DNA of 61,158 nt, filler included, from Nemertoderma westbladi (Eukaryota; Animalia; Xenacoelomorpha), in the NCBI GenBank assembly GCA_032718475.1. It is 4 parts of 4 records of this genome, joined end to end, with 100 filler letters (N's around TTAATTAATTAA, not from the genome) between each part and the next. Parts side by side here need not be neighbours in the genome. Positions count along the whole stretch, not along the records: positions 54,226 to 61,158 come from JAUCBJ010000500.1; 3 more parts are not named here. One strand, given 5' to 3'. Under the pieces are notes generated by a model. It made no database searches. It was not told the DNA's origin and was given only the letters and a program-made list of their open reading frames with translations. The first letter of the stretch is position 1, and each line of letters begins with the position of its first letter. A program made the position numbers and the translations under genes. Shown piece by piece: positions 60,581 to 61,158 of this stretch.

Positions 60581-61158
60581 TTAATTAATTATCGTTAATG
60601 ATGAATATCTGAGAAGAATTAGTGAGTCAGAGTTAGTGTTTCAGATTAAGTTTTTAGGCAGAAATATAATGTTAGAATTGCGATATCATAATACATATAT
60701 TAACAACAATGAACAATCTACTTCATATTTTGCAAAATCAGTTAATGGCTACCGGGGTAGCGCTGCGGCTACGATGTACTATTATAAAATTTAGATTAAA
60801 ATTACGATTTCAGTTCTATTGGTTAGATAATCCCGATAATCTAATATGTCCTGAATATATAATAATATTATCCTCCTTTATAAATAAAAGCAAATAATGG
60901 GCTCCTGCATACTATTGAATGACAACAGTTAAAGCTAGATCATTGAATCCGGTAATAATTCCGTACATTATTGGCCTACTCTGCAGTCCAATATCACCAG
61001 GAGTGACCAATGAGGATGCAGTGTGAACCACGCTCACAACAAATCGGGTGTACTTTATCCTTATCGTAACAGCCCTCTATTTATTAATGGTTTAATCAGA
61101 CACTGAAAGTTTGAGCCAATGTCCATCAACTTATATGTTGAGCCTCCAGGGGGATGGA

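Overview
Repeat-rich animal (invertebrate metazoan) nuclear DNA. It is four contigs (1-21178, 21279-36039, 36140-54125, 54226-61158) joined by artificial 100-bp N/TTAATTAATTAA/N spacers, so adjacency across those joins means nothing. Host genes are few and intron-poor: a Cys-rich GPI-anchored Ly6/LU-like surface protein, a C19orf25/UPF0449 homolog directly upstream of MRPL28, a C2H2 zinc-finger gene and a two-exon ACSF2-like acyl-CoA ligase. The rest is mostly mobile DNA: decayed Gypsy, RTE, CR1/L2 and CRE elements, piggyBac-type and other MITEs, SINEs, minisatellites, and a BEL/Pao-derived gag(-protease)-only LTR family (a nested pair plus a solo LTR with 5-bp TSDs). Highlights: (1) an unidentified ~185-nt structured, possibly pseudoknotted RNA-like element in two diverged copies with compensatory changes; (2) one TA site seen in empty, filled and excised (TA-GGCC-TA) states, which would explain a strong window-wide excess of TAGGCCTA; (3) the 1.7-kb element at that site carries seven CTCF-like motifs at roughly nucleosomal spacing; (4) a 3.4-kb inverted duplication of C19orf25 and the 5' part of MRPL28; (5) a minimal hammerhead ribozyme in a Penelope-like fragment. 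All calls were made by eye; no database searches were run.
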